NCBI RefSeq assembly: GCF_001194135.2
Contig: NC_068986.1
Coordinates: forward strand, 32,384,688 to 32,426,950
DNA: 42,263 bases
Direction: 5' to 3'
DNA from: Octopus bimaculoides
Lineage: Eukaryota
Below, one piece after another: positions 36,993-42,263 of this stretch (within the stretch, counting starts at the first letter, position 1; the number at the start of each line of letters is the position of its first letter). The notes beneath the pieces were generated by a model. That model was not told the DNA's origin, searched no databases, and worked only from the letters and a program-made list of their open reading frames with translations. Made by a program: the position numbers and the translations under genes.

Positions 36993-37314
36993 AGGCGTAG
37001 GAGTGGCTGTGTGGTAAGTAGCTTGCTTACCAACCACATGGTCCCGGGTTCAGTCCCACTGCGTGGCATCTTGGGCAAGTGTCTTCTACTATAGCCTCGG
37101 GCTGACCAATGCCTTGTGAGTGGATTTGGTAGACGGAAACTGAAAGAAGCCTGTCGTATATATGTATATATATATGTATGTGTGTATGTGTTTGTATGTC
37201 TGTGTTTGTCCCCACAACATCGCTTGACAACCGATGCTGGTGTGTTTATGCCCCCGTAACTTAGTGGTTCGGCAAAAGAGCCGAAAGAATAAGTAATAGG
37301 CTTCCAAAGAATAA
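36993..37314 (+). mobile_element. SINE family A, young copy ending at a gap
   Basis: Clean box A TGGCTGTGTGG, box B-like GGTTCAGTCCC, CORE-like TCTTGGGCAAGTGTCTT. The CORE motif suggests the published octopus OR-type SINEs, but I have not verified this. Confidence 0.95.
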
Positions 37315-37460
37315 NNNNNNNNNNNNNNNNNNNNNNNNNNNNNNNNNNNNNNNNNNNNNNNNNNNNNNNNNNNNNNNNNNNNNNNNNNNNNNNNNNNNNN
37401 NNNNNNNNNNNNNNNNNNNNNNNNNNNNNNNNNNNNNNNNNNNNNNNNNNNATATACACT

Positions 37461-37931
37461 GGCAGCAGGCCAGTAATTTCGGAGGAAGGGAGGGGGTAAT
37501 TCTATTACATCAACCTCAGTGTTCAACAGGCACTTATTTCATCGACCCCAAAAAGATGAAAGGCAAAGTCGACCTCGGCGGTATTTGAACTCAGAATGTA
37601 AAGTCGGAAGAAATGCCGCTAAGCATTTTCCCCGGAACAGTAACGACACTGCCAGATCACCATTTTATATGCTAAGCTTTTGCCCGGCTTGCTAACGTTT
37701 GTACCAACGCGTTGCCTTATATGAACTTGTAACGTTTGTTTCAAATTTTAGCACAAGGCCATAAAGTTGGAGAGAGGAGGTAAGCCAATTATTTCGACAC
37801 CAGTGTTCAACTAGTCCTTATTTCATAGATTTCGAAAGGATGAAAGGCAAAGTCGAGCTCGGCGGATGTTGAACTCAGAAAGTAAAGATGGACTGTCCCG
37901 CATGTTAACGGCTCTGCCAGCTCACCGGCTT
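37461..37931 (-). mobile_element. Cluster of SINE family B2 copies (two units plus a head fragment)
   Basis: Units at 37461-37662 and 37737-37931; head fragment at 37671-37717; all on the minus strand. Confidence 0.85.
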
Positions 37932-39027
37932 ATATAGATTTGTAATAGTGACGATCCGTAACTTTAACCCATAAATATGCCTCTCAACACCTTCATATCT
38001 TCTCTTATATTTGCAATTTTTTCCCCTTGGTAACCAGCAAGATTCGCTACCTGGAGGCTCTTTGGGTGGAAGATGAGCAAAGAAGAAAATATAAGTGAAA
38101 TAAAAAGAGTGTGGTCATACTGATCATCCGGTAGGTTACTGGATGAAAGAACAATGAACGTAGACTTTTGGATTTCCTTCTAAATTTTTTTCGTGTTTTT
38201 ACTTTGGCTAAACGGGAAGGAAAAGGATTCAAGATTGTTTATCACAGACATAGTACGAGATTAACGTTATCATTGCTGCCGAAATTTAACTCACGTGGTT
38301 TCGTTTAGCTGATTTAATTAGACGTATTCAGGCGTCTAGCCTTAAGGGATGTTGCTAAAACCGGACAATCGTTTCAACTGTCCTTGCTGGTTGCATTCAT
38401 TACTGTTCAGAAATCACTCTTTTCGATATTTTTTTACTATTCTTTTTAACATTTTTCTGTCCTCCATCGACCACATCACTGACAACAAGGATCCTGCCGC
38501 CTGCTATCTGTCAGCAATCTCCCGTTGCTACCTTTATCAACGATGCTGACATTTTCTCATCCCATGTTTTGTTTTATCATGGTTACTTCGTGGTTCCGTA
38601 TAATTTTCTTTGCACACAATTATATTTCTTCTATTTCTTGTTCTTGTTGCGGTTATTATTGTTGTTCTTGATTTTTCTTGTATCTTCATATTTTTTCTTT
38701 TTACTTTATTCATAGTGTCTGTCTTTATCATCGTTTATTAATTTGCTTTATACACTTCGTGTTGGTCATCGTTGGTTTCTTTTACTTCTGCATCGTTCTA
38801 TCTTCATCTTCTTCTTATTTATCAGCTACATTTTCATCTTCGATCTTGCCATCTTCTCATCCTCCTTTTCTTTTCTTTGTATATGCATATATGAGATTCA
38901 CAGAAAAAACACATGTATGTATAAATGTATGTATGTATGTGTGTATGTTTGTAAGTATGTATGTATGTACGTATTTATGTACGTGTGTATGTATGCACGT
39001 ATGTATGCATGTATGTGTATATATAGG

Positions 39028-39078
<51 letters not shown>

Positions 39079-39897
39079 ATGCACGTGCGTCAACGCACGT
39101 GTGTGTGTCTGTGCGTATGTATGAATGCATGTATGTATTCAAGCATGTATGTATGTATGTATGTAGTGTGTATGCGAGTATATATGTAGTATTATTTTCG
39201 TGTGTATATGTATGTATGCATGTATGTATATATGTACAAATATGTATTTATGGATATATTTATTACCATTTAAGTGAAGAAAGTGATATACGCAGTAGGA
39301 CATACAAATACACAAACACACGCGCGCACACACATGCATACATAGATATTCACACATATACGTATGTGTGTAAACCGATATATAAATATATACATACATA
39401 TGTGCAGATACTTATGTGCTTATGTGTATATGCGTATTACATGTGTAGGCGAGTGTATACATTTGTGTCTTCATATATCGTTCTTAATATGTGGCCTCAT
39501 CAAATGCGGGGGGTTGAAATAGCAGCTCCGAGCAACACAAAATTCGAGGGCTGGTAGTCTTGGACCACTTACCAAAAATTCCCCAGGCTCTTTTTTTTTT
39601 CTAAGGAGGTAAAACCTTTTGATGCTATGATCTGATAACTTAGGAAGGTCGGATTGCCGTAGGAACCATGTAGGGAATATTTCAGCAACGTTAGATTTGG
39701 CATCACTTGGTTAAAGATAACTTCACATAGCCACAGAAAATAACATATAGAGAGAAGCATGTACACAAACGCTGGGACTTACACAGCCAGAGTTATAAAT
39801 CTATTGTGTATATTGATATTACAACATCGTCAATACACGAGAAAGTAGAACTATGGAGGAAAATGCATTGAAGTATTGATGTTCTCTATGAGTCTTG

Positions 39898-40060
39898 TCT
39901 CTTTTCTTTACTTGTTTTCGGCACTGGACTGCGGTCATGCTGGGGCACTCCCTTAATGAGTTTATCGAAAAAATTGACACGAGTTCTTATCTTCTTTTGA
40001 AGGTAGGCGTTTTATCTTATCGGTCACTTTTACCAAACTGCTAAGTTACAGAGATGTTCA
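39898..40060 (-). mobile_element. SINE family A, 3' region and tail, degraded
   Basis: TTTACTTGTTTT..GCGGTCATGCTGGGGCAC..TATCGGTCAC..CTAAGTTAC. Confidence 0.75.
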
Positions 40061-40075
40061 TCTAATATTCTTTTC

Positions 40076-40283
40076 TAATATAGGCAAGAGGCTCGAAATT
40101 TTTTGGGAGGGGGCCGGTCGATTAGATTGACCCCAGTACGCAACTGATACTTAATTTATCGACCCTGAAAATATAAAAAAGCAAAATCGACCTCGGCGGA
40201 ATTTGAACTCAGAACGCAGTGGCAGACGAAATACTGCAAAGCGTTTCGCCCGGCGTGCTAAAGTTTCTGCCAAATCGCCGCCT
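40076..40283 (-). mobile_element. SINE family B2
   Basis: Reverse complement of the B head, centre and B2 tail. Confidence 0.9.
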
Positions 40284-40315
40284 ATGATGTTTACCTCATA
40301 TTAATACTCAGATAA

Positions 40316-40523
40316 AGGCGGTGAGCGGGCAGAGTCGTCAGCAGGCTGGGAAAATCTTTAGAGGTATTTCGTCCGTCTTCACATCCAGAGTTCAAATAGC
40401 ACCAGGGTCGACGTTACTTTCATTTTATCAGAATCGATTAAATAAGTACCAGTTGAGTACTGAGGTCGATGTTATCGACTTACCCCTCCCGCGAAATTGC
40501 TGGTCTTGTGCCAAAATATGATA
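40316..40523 (+). mobile_element. SINE family B2, head-to-head with the previous copy
   Basis: AGGCGGTGAGC..GAGTTCAAAT..GGTCGATGTTATCGACTT..AAATTGCTGGTCTTGTGCC. Confidence 0.87.
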
Positions 40524-40551
40524 GCAGTATTAATACTCACGTAATTCAAAG

Positions 40552-40710
40552 CTGCAGTGTAGAAGAATCGTTAGCACGTCAGACAAACTTATCAGCAGCG
40601 TTTCTGAGTTCAAATTCTGTCAAGGTTAACTTTTCTTTTAATCCTGCCAGAAGCGACAAAATACGTACAAGTCGAGCACTAGATTTGATGTTAACAGCTA
40701 ATCCCCACCG
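40552..40710 (+). mobile_element. SINE family B fragment
   Basis: AGAATCGTTAGCACG..TCTGAGTTCAAATTCTG. Confidence 0.65.
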
Positions 40711-40919
40711 ATGTATCTTGAGTAGAGAGGATATGCAGATGAATTAGTTTTTGTGAGTGTAACAGCTATTTTTTTTATTATTAAATAGCCAACGCGAGTG
40801 ACTTTCCGATGGTGCAATTTGTTTCAATTGCAATAACACAGTCTGAGGTCAAGTGACTTAACACACATTCACACCTCCCCACACACACAGAAATAAAATA
40901 TGCGCATGTGTGCGTATGT

Positions 40920-41547
40920 AACATATATATATATATATACATATATATGTATATCCTCATACATATGTGCATACATATTGACACATATCTGCATGTGTTT
41001 TATAGCATATCTTCCATAAAAGTATGTTTGTTTTCCCGGCTTCACATTCCACACGTCACATTGCTATATTTGTTATTGATCAGATTGATGTTAAGAAGTT
41101 ATTTGGCCGAAAAGCTGCCAATATATNNNNNNNNNNNNNNNNNNNNNNNNNNNNNNNNNNNNNNNNNNNNNNNNNNNNNNNNNNNNNNNNNNNNNNNNNN
41201 NNNNNNNNNNNNNNNNNNNNNNNNNNNNNNNNNNNNNNNNNNNNNNNNNNNNNNNNNNNNNNNNNNNNNNNNNNNNNNNNNNNNNNNNNNNNNNNNNNNN
41301 NNNNNNNNNNNNNNNNNNNNNNNNNNNNNNNNTATATATATACATATATATATATATATACATATATATGTATATCCTCATACATATGTGCATACATATT
41401 GACACATATCTGCATGTGTTTTATAGCATATCTTCCATAAAAGTATGTTTGTTTTCCCGGCTTCACATTCCACACGTCACATTGCTATATTTGTTATTGA
41501 TCAGATTGATGTTAAGAAGTTATTTGGCCGAAAAGCTGCCAATATAT
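40920..41547. other. Probable assembly artefact: identical 207 bp on both sides of a gap
   Basis: 40920-41126 is identical to 41341-41547 across the 206-N gap. Confidence 0.85.
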
Positions 41548-42263
41548 GTTATTAAACAATAAATGGAAACAAACAGTAATCCTGTCTTGTTTGTTTTGCA
41601 ATACGCCAGCTTTTTAGCAAATTTAAATGTGAAATACAAAACGATTTCTGCATACACATACACACTCACAAATCCCATCCAGACATAGTATCACACACAC
41701 AAACACACAGACACAGAAACACACATACAAGCACACATAAACACACACATACACGAGAACATTTGGCTTGGCTAGCCAAAGAAGAAGTGTTCGCTTGGTC
41801 CCTTGAATGCTAGAAAGAGTATCACGATCTCCCTCAAATCACACCATGGTTACAAAGAAATCAACCCAGGAAGCAAATGGGATATGAGGTCCTCAATAAA
41901 TATAACTCCGGAAGGCCACAACTTGAACGAATTTTATCATAGAACAATTCAATCTGAATTTTTCTAGGGCTAGCAACTACAACGGAAATGAAAACATACA
42001 CTCAAAGACACATATCGATATATTTTTATATGTGACGGTATAAATGTGAGCGTGTTCGGATACAAGAGAAAAATACTGAATATATCATCTGAATAAGCAA
42101 TAACAACAAATTTGGTACTATTTACGGTACTAATATCTCAGAGTCCTAACGATGTGCATGTGTTTTAGATTTTCCACATTTCTAACAAAAATTAAAGGAC
42201 TCTTTTAACGACGGTGCAAACTTTCAGATTTTATTATATATATATATATATATGTATATATAT

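Noticed and set aside
39783-39850. 68-nt segment with a strong acceptor (TTTTCCTCCATAG) and donor (GTAAGT) on the minus strand
   Set aside because: Stop codons occur in all three frames. It could only be a non-coding exon, and nothing here supports that.
40920-41547. 207-bp direct repeat flanking a gap
   Set aside because: Identical copies on either side of an N-run of similar length indicate unmerged contig overlap rather than biology.
1-42263. CRISPR array, rRNA or prokaryotic operon-type system
   Set aside because: No regularly spaced repeat-spacer array, rRNA-like sequence or gene-dense coding region; the sequence is eukaryotic repeat-rich DNA.

Overview
AT-rich, microsatellite-saturated animal genomic DNA from a gapped draft assembly (16 N-runs, about 5.4 kb in total). 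The SINE repertoire and simple-repeat load point to an octopus/coleoid cephalopod (inference). I found no supportable host protein-coding gene, RNA gene or CRISPR array, and nearly every ORF in the track is an artefact of microsatellites or N-runs. The window is a dense transposon graveyard. DNA transposon relics: a mariner (DD34D) with an Hsmar1-like TIR, a Tc1 with a nested SINE, an irritans-type mariner fold-back, and a short Tc1/mariner derivative with an inverted internal piece. Retroelement relics: a HERO-like and a Dong/R4-like RLE LINE, a Penelope GIY-YIG fragment and a probable solo LTR. There are also more than 20 copies or fragments of tRNA-headed SINEs in four operational families (A-D here). 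Two patterns are most worth following up. First, several unrelated TEs carry inverted junctions. Second, the SINE families swap modules around a conserved GTCGA-N5-TCGAC hairpin. Protein assignments come from manual translation and recalled family motifs, not database searches, and I cannot say whether any of this is undescribed.
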